Positions 39,770-49,311 of a DNA stretch of 61,853 nucleotides are shown piece by piece (position 1 is the first letter of the stretch; each line of letters starts with the position of its first letter). Source of the DNA: Bacteroidales bacterium. Its GTDB lineage: Bacteria > Bacteroidota > Bacteroidia > Bacteroidales > VadinHA17. The DNA lies in NCBI GenBank assembly GCA_021163295.1, contig JAGGXD010000142.1, positions 1 to 61,853 of the forward strand, read 5' to 3'. The notes under the pieces were generated by a model. It made no database searches. It was not told where the DNA came from and worked only from the letters and a program-made list of their open reading frames with translations. A program made the position numbers and the translations under genes.

Positions 39770-40405
39770 TTACTTTTCCGCTTTATTTTTCTTTTTTACA
39801 TAAAAAGCTACTTTCTCAACAGAGGTTATCATATCATGTTCTTCAAGATAAACACCAGGCGGAACATTGAGTGGTACGGTTGTGAAATTTAGAATACCTT
39901 TTATTCCTGCTTCCACAAGTTTGTTTGTTACATCCTGGGCTACATTTGGCGGGACTGTTAATATGGCAATTGATATTTTTTTATTTTTTGTGATTGTTTT
40001 TAAATGGTTAAAATGAAAACATTTCACCCCTTTCACTTTTGCACCAACCTTTTGATGGTTGGTATCAAATGAAGCTGCAACATCCAATTTTGATCTTTTC
40101 CCTGCAAAATAACCTGTAATAGCTTTACCCAGATGACCAAATCCAACAACTGCTACTTTCTGTCCTTCCTTCGAATCCAAAACCTCTCCGATTCCGGCAA
40201 TCAGCTCTTTTACATTATAACCGTTTTTATGCATCCCTGCATATCCTATCAACATAACATCTCTTCTAACCTGAACTGCAGTAATATACAAAAGTTTAGC
40301 CAAATCGTGTGAGAAAATATGATCTCTGTTTTTTGTTAAATAGTTTAATAATACACGACGATATGCACTTAATCTTTCAATAGTTTTACCCGGCAGGTTA
40401 TTCAT
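39770..40405 (-). CDS. rex: Redox-sensing transcriptional repressor Rex (paralogue 1)
   Basis: N-terminal winged-helix segment (TIERLSAYRRVL...VQVRRDV) and Rossmann motif VVGFGHLGKA. Length is 211 aa. Confidence 0.85.
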   Translation of the reverse strand: MNNLPGKTIERLSAYRRVLLNYLTKNRDHIFSHDLAKLLYITAVQVRRDVMLIGYAGMHKNGYNVKELIAGIGEVLDSKEGQKVAVVGFGHLGKAITGYFAGKRSKLDVAASFDTNHQKVGAKVKGVKCFHFNHLKTITKNKKISIAILTVPPNVAQDVTNKLVEAGIKGILNFTTVPLNVPPGVYLEEHDMITSVEKVAFYVKKKNKAEK

Positions 40406-40549
40406 AAGAAGTTATTTACAAATGCTTAAAGGTAAAATAAATATTGTTTAACCTAATGACTTTTGCCCAGGTTTCTTTTGAACAGTTAAAATGTAATAGG
40501 GACATGAGGTGATGTAGTGATGCAGTTAGGGGTTACGGGTTAAAAAAAA

Positions 40550-41023
40550 TTATTTTTTTGCATCGAGACAGGAGTTACAGCGCAATTCATCGGCTTGAAT
40601 TATTTCTGATACCTGGCATCCAACCCTGCTACAAATGCCTATGCAATTTCTAAAGTCCGCATTCTTATCTGTAAACATGGTAAATAAATAAGCACCACAG
40701 GCACATCGTCTGTAAATCGGCAATTTCACACCACATTCAGGACAAAAGAATTCCAATATTTCACCATTTTCAAGCTCAACTTCACAAGCAATCCACGATT
40801 TGTCACCACAGAAAGGACTCAAGGCAATGTGTCCTTCCTTATTATTACCTTTTACTTTCAGGTAGATTCCTTTTTGATTGTTAAAAATAGCACGGTTGTT
40901 AATCAAAGAATGTCCATTCTGGCAATATACTTCTTCAATAACCCAAACTTTCTTTTGCCTGACAGCAACTTTTTTATCGGGTTTTGGAAATACTAACATT
41001 CCTTTAGAATTGAACCTTCTCAT
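40550..41023 (-). CDS. Cys-rich putative metal-binding protein, hydrogenase-associated (paralogue of 51406..51810)
   Basis: 157 aa. It shares an ordered motif set with the 134-aa ORF: C-x3-H, LSPFCG, FFCPECG, CACG and ICSRVGC. It lies 43 bp downstream of the endopeptidase gene. Confidence 0.6.
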   Translation of the reverse strand: MRRFNSKGMLVFPKPDKKVAVRQKKVWVIEEVYCQNGHSLINNRAIFNNQKGIYLKVKGNNKEGHIALSPFCGDKSWIACEVELENGEILEFFCPECGVKLPIYRRCACGAYLFTMFTDKNADFRNCIGICSRVGCQVSEIIQADELRCNSCLDAKK

Positions 41024-41066
41024 GCAAAATATCTGTTTTATAAAAATTAATCAATTGTTCTCAAAT

Positions 41067-41552
41067 CTACGAATTTTTTTCAGCAAATACCAGCTTCTTT
41101 ATTTCATTATATATATAATCTATCCTCTTTTCCAGATTATCTGAAAAGCATTCACCAAAACATCTGTCCTCTTCCACTTCTATTCCGACAATCTCAATAA
41201 TATGAGGTAACTTGTATCCCACATACTCTCCAACCTTCAATGCATTTAGAAAAGAAGCATCATGTTTTGTTGACAGATGAAGTGTTTCCAGAAAATTTTC
41301 AGGAGAGAAAAAATGCAAATCACCAACATTACGCCCCCCCCTCATGCCATCGAGTATGATCAATCGATCATAGTCCTTAATAATTTCAAGTAATTCTAAT
41401 CCGCCAATATTGGATGTTTCAACATGAAACCCAGGTGGCAGGTTTTCTTCTCTGAGTTTGTTAGCCAGTCGGGACCCCACACCATCATCCATCAGTATTT
41501 CACTTCCCATACCTAATACCAGCAATTTTTTATTGCAATTTTCACTTATCAT
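41067..41552 (-). CDS. [NiFe]-hydrogenase maturation endopeptidase
   Basis: LLVLGMGSEILMDDGVG N-terminal motif, 161 aa, directly downstream of the large subunit. Confidence 0.8.
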   Translation of the reverse strand: MISENCNKKLLVLGMGSEILMDDGVGSRLANKLREENLPPGFHVETSNIGGLELLEIIKDYDRLIILDGMRGGRNVGDLHFFSPENFLETLHLSTKHDASFLNALKVGEYVGYKLPHIIEIVGIEVEEDRCFGECFSDNLEKRIDYIYNEIKKLVFAEKNS

Positions 41553-41573
41553 TTCTGCCGGTTATCAACTTGC

Positions 41574-43037
41574 TCAGTCTCTTTTTACAGTTCTTATAAT
41601 TTTCCCGTCTTTATCCCTGAAATTAACCTGTAACGGCATTTCTCCGGGCAATCGGTGAGTAGCACATGAAAAGCAGGGGTCGTATGCTCTGAAAGCCATT
41701 TCAATCATATTCAATATCCCGTCAGAAACATCAACTCCTTTTTTTATCAGTCCCTGGGCAGCTTTTTTCAAAGACATACAGATAGCTGCATTATTATTTG
41801 TAGTACCAACAATGATATTGGCTTTTTTCACTATTCCTTTATTGTCTGTCCAGTAATGGTGTGTAAGTGTCCCTCTCTGTGCCTCAACAATACCAACACC
41901 TTCATCGGGTATATTTGTCAGAGGGGTTCTTAATTCAGACCCTGTAATATCAGGATCAGAAGCAAGTTCAACAAGTCTTTCAGAGCTGTAAAGAAGCTCT
42001 ATCAAACGGGCCCAGTGCATAGCCAGAGTAGCATGAACCGGCTTACCACCAAGGATCTCATACATTTTCTCATATTCAACCTGTGCAAGAGGAGTAGCCA
42101 TTCCATCAGCAGCATTAAGTCTTGAAAGCGGTGTGGCATGGTAAACTCCTGAATCCTGACCATCAACAAATCCTTTCCATCCAATTTTTTTCAGGTATGG
42201 AAACTTAAGATAACTCCATGTCTCGACTCTTTCTTCAACAAAATCTCTATAATCTTCAGCAGCATATTTACAATGCTCTTTACCAACAGTATCAACAACC
42301 CTTACTTTTCCTTCATAAAAATTGACTTTATTATTTTCATCAACCAAACCCATTGAGTGAAGAGTCAGTGAATAGGGACCATTTAAAATAAGGTCAACAT
42401 AGTCCTTATTCTGAAGAACAACATCATTAAACAGCTTAAGTGAAAATTTCGAGAATTCAACAAACCCCTCTCCCTTTTTTAATACATCATCCCGCTCTTC
42501 CTTAGTAAGACCTTTTCTAACCCCTCCGGGAATATTCATTACAACATGTGTTTGATGACCTCCTAACAGAGCCTGTATCTCCTGGGCAATTCTCCTCTGT
42601 TTCAGAACTTCCGTCCCGATCTCCACTCCAACTTTTTCTATCACACCAAGAATATTTCGTTTAGCAGGATCCGCATCAGGACCAACCACAAAGTCAGGTG
42701 CAGCAAGAGCATAAAAATGGGCAATATGGCTATGTACAAAATGTGCCATATAGAAAAGCTCCCTGAGTTTCTTTGCAGTTGGTGGAGGCTCAACGTCATA
42801 GACAGCATCAGCCGCTTTTCCTGCAGCCATATGATGGCATCCGGGGCATACACCACAAATTTTTGTAACAATCTGCGATAATTCTTCCACCGGGCGTCCT
42901 TCACAAAACTTTTCAAATCCTCTTAGCTCGGGCACCTGAAAATAAACATTCTCAACTTCTCCTGAATCTTTCAGGAATATTTCAATCTTCCCATGTCCTT
43001 CAAGACGTGTTATGGGATCTATTGTTATTTGTTTCAT
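41574..43037 (-). CDS. mvhA: [NiFe]-hydrogenase large subunit, Mvh/group-3c-like by context
   Basis: RLEGHGKIEI, KICGVCPGCHH (N-terminal Ni-ligand motif) and DPCFSCATH plus a cleavable tail. Its neighbours are mvhG, mvhD and hdrA. Confidence 0.9.
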   Translation of the reverse strand: MKQITIDPITRLEGHGKIEIFLKDSGEVENVYFQVPELRGFEKFCEGRPVEELSQIVTKICGVCPGCHHMAAGKAADAVYDVEPPPTAKKLRELFYMAHFVHSHIAHFYALAAPDFVVGPDADPAKRNILGVIEKVGVEIGTEVLKQRRIAQEIQALLGGHQTHVVMNIPGGVRKGLTKEERDDVLKKGEGFVEFSKFSLKLFNDVVLQNKDYVDLILNGPYSLTLHSMGLVDENNKVNFYEGKVRVVDTVGKEHCKYAAEDYRDFVEERVETWSYLKFPYLKKIGWKGFVDGQDSGVYHATPLSRLNAADGMATPLAQVEYEKMYEILGGKPVHATLAMHWARLIELLYSSERLVELASDPDITGSELRTPLTNIPDEGVGIVEAQRGTLTHHYWTDNKGIVKKANIIVGTTNNNAAICMSLKKAAQGLIKKGVDVSDGILNMIEMAFRAYDPCFSCATHRLPGEMPLQVNFRDKDGKIIRTVKRD

Positions 43038-43052
43038 TTGTATAAAATAAAA

Positions 43053-44024
43053 TTAAACTATTGTTTTTCGAATAATTGAAGACGGCAAGCTGAAACGATA
43101 GAAAGTACCGGCAGGATCTACTACCTGATCAATAATTTTCTCAATCTCTTCAGGATCATCCGAATCGATCATAGTAGCAATAGCTGACATCATCTTTGCC
43201 CCCGGGTCAGTAGCAGTTGAAGGTGGTCCGTAACATCCCCTGCACGGTGCATTCCCTTTAATACATCTGGCACCGCAGCCTCCACGAGTTGCCGGACCCA
43301 TACAAATTACTCCCTGCTCCAGGAAACATGTTTTCCCATCATCCTCAATCTCCCATGGTCTTTTAAACTCCTTAATTACTTTTTCATCTGTTTTTTCTCT
43401 TTCACACTCATCACACAATGTTTTTTCGAGTGCACCAACTACTGAGCCTTTTGGTGGTAACTCTGCCCCGGTAACAATAGCCATAAACACCTCCACAAGT
43501 CTTTCTGTCTGAGGCGGACATCCCGGTAAATAATAATCAACGTCAACAACCTGATCAAGCGTTTTTACATCATTATAGAATTCGGGCAGTGTCAAAGTTC
43601 CCTCAGGCATTTTAGTTTCAGTTTGCGGTCTGGTTTTTTCCTCATTAACTGTTGATTCACTTGTTTGATAAGCTCTGTCGAAAATACCTTTTCTGTCAGA
43701 GAAGTTTCCCAAACCGGGAATCCCTCCCATATGCGCACATGAGCCATACGCAACTAATATCTTGGTTTTTTTTCTTAGAAGTTTGGCAATATGTTCATTC
43801 TCACTGTTCCTGATTGCACCATTATACAGGGTAAGATCAATGTAATCGTCATCCATTGCTTCCACATCTTTATATTTAAAATCCAAAGCAATGGGCCAGA
43901 ATACCAGATCGGCAGCAGCAACTACATCTAATAATTTTTCGTGTACATCAAGAACTGACACACAGCATCCGCCACAGGCAGCTCCCCAGTAAACGGCCAT
44001 TTTGATTTTTGGTTTTTGTGACAT
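43053..44024 (-). CDS. mvhG: [NiFe]-hydrogenase small subunit (MvhG-like)
   Basis: YWGAACGGCCVS proximal-cluster motif, GSCAHMGGIPG, and a Cys-rich C-terminus. Confidence 0.85.
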   Translation of the reverse strand: MSQKPKIKMAVYWGAACGGCCVSVLDVHEKLLDVVAAADLVFWPIALDFKYKDVEAMDDDYIDLTLYNGAIRNSENEHIAKLLRKKTKILVAYGSCAHMGGIPGLGNFSDRKGIFDRAYQTSESTVNEEKTRPQTETKMPEGTLTLPEFYNDVKTLDQVVDVDYYLPGCPPQTERLVEVFMAIVTGAELPPKGSVVGALEKTLCDECEREKTDEKVIKEFKRPWEIEDDGKTCFLEQGVICMGPATRGGCGARCIKGNAPCRGCYGPPSTATDPGAKMMSAIATMIDSDDPEEIEKIIDQVVDPAGTFYRFSLPSSIIRKTIV

Positions 44025-44038
44025 AACAATATTTCTTT

Positions 44039-44464
44039 TTAGTCAAATATTTCCATTTCCTCTTTCACCTTGCATGGACCCAGGCTCTTAATTGTTTCAG
44101 CCATTTCATCCGCCAGCTGGGCAAACTCTTTACCTTCGCTGGCACTTATCCATGCAAGTTTAAGCCTGTCAGGATTAAGTCCCATCTGGGCCATATACTT
44201 TTTCAGGAAATGATACCTCCTGAGGCATTTATAATTTCCTTCGTGATAATGACAATCGCCGGGGTGGCAACCACAGATCAATACTCCATCTGCCCCTTCC
44301 CGAAATGATTTCAGAACAAAAGTAGGATCCACCCTACCGGAGCACATAACCCGGACAACACGTATGTTAGACGCATATTTCATTCTGGATGTACCTGCAA
44401 GGTCAGCCCCTGTATATGAACACCAGTTACATAAAAATGATACGATTTTTGGTTCAAATTCCAT
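44039..44464 (-). CDS. mvhD: MvhD-like hydrogenase iron-sulfur subunit
   Basis: 141 aa. FLCNWCSY...VMCSGRVD...ICGCHPGDCHY is the MvhD/FlpD signature. Confidence 0.85.
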   Translation of the reverse strand: MEFEPKIVSFLCNWCSYTGADLAGTSRMKYASNIRVVRVMCSGRVDPTFVLKSFREGADGVLICGCHPGDCHYHEGNYKCLRRYHFLKKYMAQMGLNPDRLKLAWISASEGKEFAQLADEMAETIKSLGPCKVKEEMEIFD

Positions 44465-44466
44465 AA

Positions 44467-46197
44467 TTATACCTCCTGCATTTCCTTTGAAAATAGACCT
44501 TCAATTTGTGATAATATTTGTTCGTCGGTAAAATGACGAGCTCTGATTGCTCCTGTAGGACAAGCAGAACCACATGTTCCGCATCCCTTACATAAAATTT
44601 CATTTACAACCGAAACATTTTTCTCCTCATCAAAACTAATTGCAGTGTAAGGACAAACCTTAATACAGGTTTGACAACCACAACAAACATCTTCATTTAC
44701 CACCGCGGTAGTAACCTCAACTTCAACTGTCCCACGGGCTATTGATGCTAATATTCTGGCTGCTGCTGCTTTTGCCTGGGAAACCGAATCGGGAATATCC
44801 TTTGGACCCTGGCAAGTCCCTGCTATATACACTCCATCAGTGGTAGTAGCAACCGGATCCAGCTTCGGATGCCTTTCAATATAGAATTCGTTACCGCAAA
44901 GACTTATTCCAACAGCATGAGCAACTTCCTTAGCTTCTTCATGAGCCTCCATTGCAACCATCAGGACAACCATATCAGCCGGAACAATGATATCTTCACC
45001 TGATAATTTTTCATAAAATTCAATACCCATTTCATATCCGGCATCTTCTTCTGCTTTGCTTATCCTTGGTAAATCACCCTGCTGATCGTACATCAGGAAC
45101 ATAACATCTTTCTTCGATGTTGATGCATAAAACTCTTCGCATCCCTTTCCAAATGCACGCATATCAGCATAAATCTGGAATAAGTTTGTTTCAGGCAGGG
45201 CTGACCGGAGTTGATTTGAAAATTTTAATGCGCTAAGGCAGCAAACCCTTGAGCAATATTCATGATAATCTGCATTTCTACTTCCAACACAATGAATAAT
45301 GGCAATCTTTTTGGGCTCACTTCCATCTTTCTTAACCACATTGCCCTCCTTCAACATCTTTTCAAGCTCAAGAGAGGTTATAACATCAGGTAGTTTTTCA
45401 TAATTATATGAACTGATCTTTCCGGGATCAAAGGGAGTTAAACCTGTTGCAACAATTATATTTCCAAACTTCAACTCATATTCTTTACCCCCGGATTTAA
45501 TTGTTGATTCAAAATTCCCCACATAACCAAACACCTCATCGATTGTTGTATTCAGGTAAACCTCCACTTCAGGATGGTTATTCACTTTATATATCAAAGG
45601 CTCAAGCACTTCAGCAGCACTGTTTAGCCCCGGGAATGTAAGGTCAATATTAGCGACATGGCCTCCAAGGTTTCCTGTTTTCTCAACCAGGTAAACTTTA
45701 TTACCTGCATCCGCCAGTTCCAGGGCTGCTGATAATCCGGTAACTCCTCCGCCGATCACCATGGTCGCAGGATTAATGTCCACCGACCTTTTATCAAGAG
45801 CTTCATGGAAATTCACCCTGTTTACCGCCCCTTTTACCAGGTCCAGTGCCTTAATAGTAGCCTCTTCACGATTGTCGTGTACCCATGAAACCTGTTCCCT
45901 GATATTCGCCATCTCGAACATATACTGGTTTAAACCGGCATTTTCAAGAGCTTTGCGGAAAGTTAGTTCATGAATTCGAGGTGAACAAGCCGATACAACA
46001 ACCCTGTTCAATTTATGCTCTTTAATATCCTTAACGATCATTTCCTGACCGGGATCAGAGCACATATACTTATAGTCTTTTGCGATAACAACATTTGGGA
46101 GTTTGGCAATTTTTGCTGCAACTGCCTCAACATCTACCATTTTAGCTATGTTGGTACCACACCAGCAGACATATACACCTATTCTTTTTTCTTCCAT
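44467..46197 (-). CDS. hdrA: HdrA-like FAD/FeS oxidoreductase (paralogue 2, Cys-containing N-domain)
   Basis: N-domain Cys residues (VCWCG..C..C), GGGVTGLSAALELADAG, HCVGSRN..CSRVCC, and a C-terminal 2x CxxCxxCxxxCP. Confidence 0.85.
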   Translation of the reverse strand: MEEKRIGVYVCWCGTNIAKMVDVEAVAAKIAKLPNVVIAKDYKYMCSDPGQEMIVKDIKEHKLNRVVVSACSPRIHELTFRKALENAGLNQYMFEMANIREQVSWVHDNREEATIKALDLVKGAVNRVNFHEALDKRSVDINPATMVIGGGVTGLSAALELADAGNKVYLVEKTGNLGGHVANIDLTFPGLNSAAEVLEPLIYKVNNHPEVEVYLNTTIDEVFGYVGNFESTIKSGGKEYELKFGNIIVATGLTPFDPGKISSYNYEKLPDVITSLELEKMLKEGNVVKKDGSEPKKIAIIHCVGSRNADYHEYCSRVCCLSALKFSNQLRSALPETNLFQIYADMRAFGKGCEEFYASTSKKDVMFLMYDQQGDLPRISKAEEDAGYEMGIEFYEKLSGEDIIVPADMVVLMVAMEAHEEAKEVAHAVGISLCGNEFYIERHPKLDPVATTTDGVYIAGTCQGPKDIPDSVSQAKAAAARILASIARGTVEVEVTTAVVNEDVCCGCQTCIKVCPYTAISFDEEKNVSVVNEILCKGCGTCGSACPTGAIRARHFTDEQILSQIEGLFSKEMQEV

Positions 46198-46224
46198 TGT
46201 TTGCTGCTTTAAAATTTTATTTTT

Positions 46225-47289
46225 TTAACTGTTAAGTTCAGCACTTTTAATATTTGCAAAATATACTGCAAACGAGCGATAAAGAAAATGTGTCCACTTT
46301 CCAAATGGAACAATTAATATACCCCATTGAGCAATAACAATTAAGTGTACTATATATAACCACAAATTATTACTGATAAGATCTGTGTCAATGAGAATTC
46401 GTACAATAAATGCGGTAAATCCCATCAGGAAAAGCCAGATAACAAATAACCAATCACTCGGGTGAGAAAATTTACTTAGTTCTTTTTTCTTTTTGACACG
46501 TTCAAGTATAAAATCAAACGTGATAATAAACACCAATCCGCCAACAATATATCCGAACCAGATAATATAGGTGTTTTCAGTTGAAAACCAATTGAGAAAA
46601 ACTGTCGTGATAAGCAAGAGAATATAGCCAAACACAACCAGTAAATGCTCAAACCAACGGAATGTATTCTTTTCACATTTCAAGGATTTTTTTTGAGTAA
46701 ACATATGAAGGAACAGATCCCAAATTCCTTTGACGTATAATAAGAAAGGCGCTTTTATTTTTTCTTTTATTATTGTTAACCAAAACATATGAAAGATATT
46801 TGGTATTAAGATTAAAACAACAACAGAAAAAATCAACATTTTTTCGAAAACATGTCCGAATTCCATTATTGACTCGAGATTGAATTGTTTTGCATAACCA
46901 ACACCAATAATTGAAACAGCCACTAATACAAAAGCAATTATCAATGCCGGAACAGATTTAAAGAAAAGACCGGAAAGACCTGTCCAGTCATAAACCGAGG
47001 TCAGATACCTGCGGGCAGACATCATCATCTCACCAGGGTTAGCATCTCTCGGGCAGGTTTCTGAACAGTCGCCACAATAATAGCACAACCATGGATCGAT
47101 ATTACTATTAAATTTATCTTTCAGACCCATTTGTAACTGGCGGATTACTTTCCGCGGGAACAGATTTTCATTTTCGGTAAGAGAGCAAACAGCAGTGCAA
47201 TTCCCACAATGGTAACACTCGTTCCATTCACTCTTATTACCAAATTTTACAAGTTTTGCATTCAGATCCGGATTAACAACGGTACTCAT
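46225..47289 (-). CDS. Fusion of an HdrC-like 2x[4Fe-4S] domain with a polytopic NarI/HdrE-like membrane domain (QmoC-like)
   Basis: CYHCGNCTAVC and CYYCGDCSETCP lie in the first ~80 aa. About 6 hydrophobic helices follow, with intramembrane His residues, and the protein ends in PFGKWTHFLYR. Confidence 0.7.
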   Translation of the reverse strand: MSTVVNPDLNAKLVKFGNKSEWNECYHCGNCTAVCSLTENENLFPRKVIRQLQMGLKDKFNSNIDPWLCYYCGDCSETCPRDANPGEMMMSARRYLTSVYDWTGLSGLFFKSVPALIIAFVLVAVSIIGVGYAKQFNLESIMEFGHVFEKMLIFSVVVLILIPNIFHMFWLTIIKEKIKAPFLLYVKGIWDLFLHMFTQKKSLKCEKNTFRWFEHLLVVFGYILLLITTVFLNWFSTENTYIIWFGYIVGGLVFIITFDFILERVKKKKELSKFSHPSDWLFVIWLFLMGFTAFIVRILIDTDLISNNLWLYIVHLIVIAQWGILIVPFGKWTHFLYRSFAVYFANIKSAELNS

Positions 47290-47291
47290 AA

Positions 47292-49082
47292 TTATTCCTC
47301 CGTACTTATAAGTTCATTAACTTTTGTTTCTATATCATTGTAAGAAAGATCGCTCAGACCTTTTTTTACTTTGCTGTTTATGACACTCTGTATCACCCGT
47401 GCTGCAGCAGCAGAACCCTGGGCAACTGAATCCGGAATATCTTTTGGCCCCTGACATACACCGGCGACAAATATCCCTCCCCTTACAGTGTTAACCGTTT
47501 GGTTTGTTGAATTTAATTCAGCGAACCATCCTATATCATCAGTTAGAATGTTAAGAGATTTAGCAAGTTTTTGCGAATCCTCACCGGGTTCCAGTCCAAC
47601 TGAAAGCACAACCATATCAACTTCTTTTTCGATCAGTTTCATGCCTTCAATATCCTCAGACCGCAGTACCAGATTGCCATTTTTTTCCTCAACCTTGGCG
47701 GTACGTCCTCTGATAATATCTATCCCTTCCTTCTTAATTCTTTCATAGAATTCCTCGTATCCCTTTCCAAATGACCGCATATCTATGTAATACTCACTAA
47801 CATCAGCATCAGGTAATTTTTCTTTAACAAGATGTGCCATTTTCAAAGAATACATACAACATACACGTGAACAATGAGTATTGTAGTTTTCATCACGGCT
47901 ACCGACACAATGAATAAGGGCAATTCTTTCCGGACTATCGCTATTAGCTTCGAATATCCCATTTCCCTTCTTATCCTTGCTCCTGAATACTATGCTTCCT
48001 CCGGTAGGACCCGCAGCGTTAAGCAAGCGTTCAAACTCAAGAGAAGTAAGCACATTAGGGTATTTTCCATAACCAAACCTTTCAACTTTTTCAGCATCAA
48101 AAGTCTTGAATCCGGTCGCAACAACAATATTACCCACTTTAATCTCAATGGTTTCATCTTTATCATCCAGATAAATACATTCAACCGGGCATACTTTTGC
48201 ACAAACACCACATTTACCTTTTTGCACATATGTACAATTGTCTCCATCAAGAATATATTTATTCGGCACAGCCTGTGGGAAAGGAATATATATTGCTTTC
48301 CGCATAGTAGTCCCCGCATCAAATTCACTTGGAACATTAACAGGACATTTTTCTGTACAATCGCCACAACCGATACAGGTAGCCAGATCAACCCGCCTGG
48401 TTTTTTTAAATACTTTTACAGTATAATCGCCAGCCTCCCCCGAGACATCAAGAACCTCACTGTATGTAAGCAACTCAATGTTTTGATGTTGGCCGACCTC
48501 TACCATTTTTGGGGTCAGAATACAAGCTGCACAATCAAGTGTCGGGAATGTTTTATCAAACATCGCCATGTGACCACCAATAGTACCTGTCTTTTCAATA
48601 AGAGTTACGTCTATGCCCGCATTTGCAATTTCAAGCGAAGCCTGAATACCGGCAATACCAGCTCCAATTACAAGAGTTTTTTTATTCACCTCATTCCCTG
48701 GAGAATCTGAAGCCAACTCAAAATGCACATCCTTCACAGCACAAAGTATTTTTGCTTTAAAGACAGATAACAAATCTCCATCGCTCAAAATTGTACCGTT
48801 TACCGACACCAGGGTAAGATCTTCCGGGTTTTTTCCTGCATCAGCCAAAGAAGCAGATACAAAAGATTTTAATTCTCCCGGACTTCTCCCGGCAACAATT
48901 ATTTTTTCCACCCCGTTTTCTTTAATCCTGGTTGAAAGACTTTTTTTGTCTTTCATTGAAAAGTCTGTGGCAAACCAGACCTCTTTTACTTCAGGAAATT
49001 CACCGGCAAACTGTTCAAGTTTTTCAAGACCGGAATTCATTCTTTCCTGAAAAATAACTGCCCTGGAATTTTGTTTTACCAT
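47292..49082 (-). CDS. HdrA-like FAD/FeS oxidoreductase (paralogue 1, Cys-less N-domain, inserted ferredoxin domain)
   Basis: VIGAGIAGIQASLEIANAG, inserted CIGCGDCTEKCP...CGVCAKVCP, and HCVGSRD..CSRVCC. Confidence 0.8.
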   Translation of the reverse strand: MVKQNSRAVIFQERMNSGLEKLEQFAGEFPEVKEVWFATDFSMKDKKSLSTRIKENGVEKIIVAGRSPGELKSFVSASLADAGKNPEDLTLVSVNGTILSDGDLLSVFKAKILCAVKDVHFELASDSPGNEVNKKTLVIGAGIAGIQASLEIANAGIDVTLIEKTGTIGGHMAMFDKTFPTLDCAACILTPKMVEVGQHQNIELLTYSEVLDVSGEAGDYTVKVFKKTRRVDLATCIGCGDCTEKCPVNVPSEFDAGTTMRKAIYIPFPQAVPNKYILDGDNCTYVQKGKCGVCAKVCPVECIYLDDKDETIEIKVGNIVVATGFKTFDAEKVERFGYGKYPNVLTSLEFERLLNAAGPTGGSIVFRSKDKKGNGIFEANSDSPERIALIHCVGSRDENYNTHCSRVCCMYSLKMAHLVKEKLPDADVSEYYIDMRSFGKGYEEFYERIKKEGIDIIRGRTAKVEEKNGNLVLRSEDIEGMKLIEKEVDMVVLSVGLEPGEDSQKLAKSLNILTDDIGWFAELNSTNQTVNTVRGGIFVAGVCQGPKDIPDSVAQGSAAAARVIQSVINSKVKKGLSDLSYNDIETKVNELISTEE

Positions 49083-49311
49083 TATATAAATTCAGTTAAG
49101 TATAATAAGCAACATTATGATATATTAATCACAATAAAAGTATATTATATTATATTTATTAGCAACACTTAGCATGCAAATATGATGTATAACATATTCC
49201 GGTTATTTGCTGCCGTATTCTATTTTATTGATTTTCTTTCTTTTATACCTTATTTTTATTCTTTAAAAATAGAGTGGTTTCATTTGGCAAGATTATTTTT
49301 TTTTTGTTATT

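Noticed and set aside
41574-43037. Possibility of a selenocysteine-containing (NiFeSe) large subunit, as in some Mvh/Vhu enzymes.
   Set aside because: The C-terminal motif reads DPCFSCATH with ordinary Cys codons, and there is no in-frame TGA.
44467-46197. The CCGC string in HdrA-like-2 (VCCGCQTC), considered as a possible HdrB-type CCG domain.
   Set aside because: It is part of a standard CxxCxxCxxxCP ferredoxin motif. No CCG-domain protein is present in the window.
47874-48710. 278-aa plus-strand ORF.
   Set aside because: It is entirely antisense to the HdrA-like gene, which has strong FAD/FeS motifs. Its translation is low-complexity with no recognisable motif, so it is a shadow ORF.
49117-49138. 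TTGTGAT..TCATAA-like palindrome (minus strand) upstream of the hdrA/mvh string, considered as a Rex box.
   Set aside because: The half-site spacing is 8 nt instead of the 6 nt between TGTGA and TCACA in known Rex operators, and the right half is mismatched.
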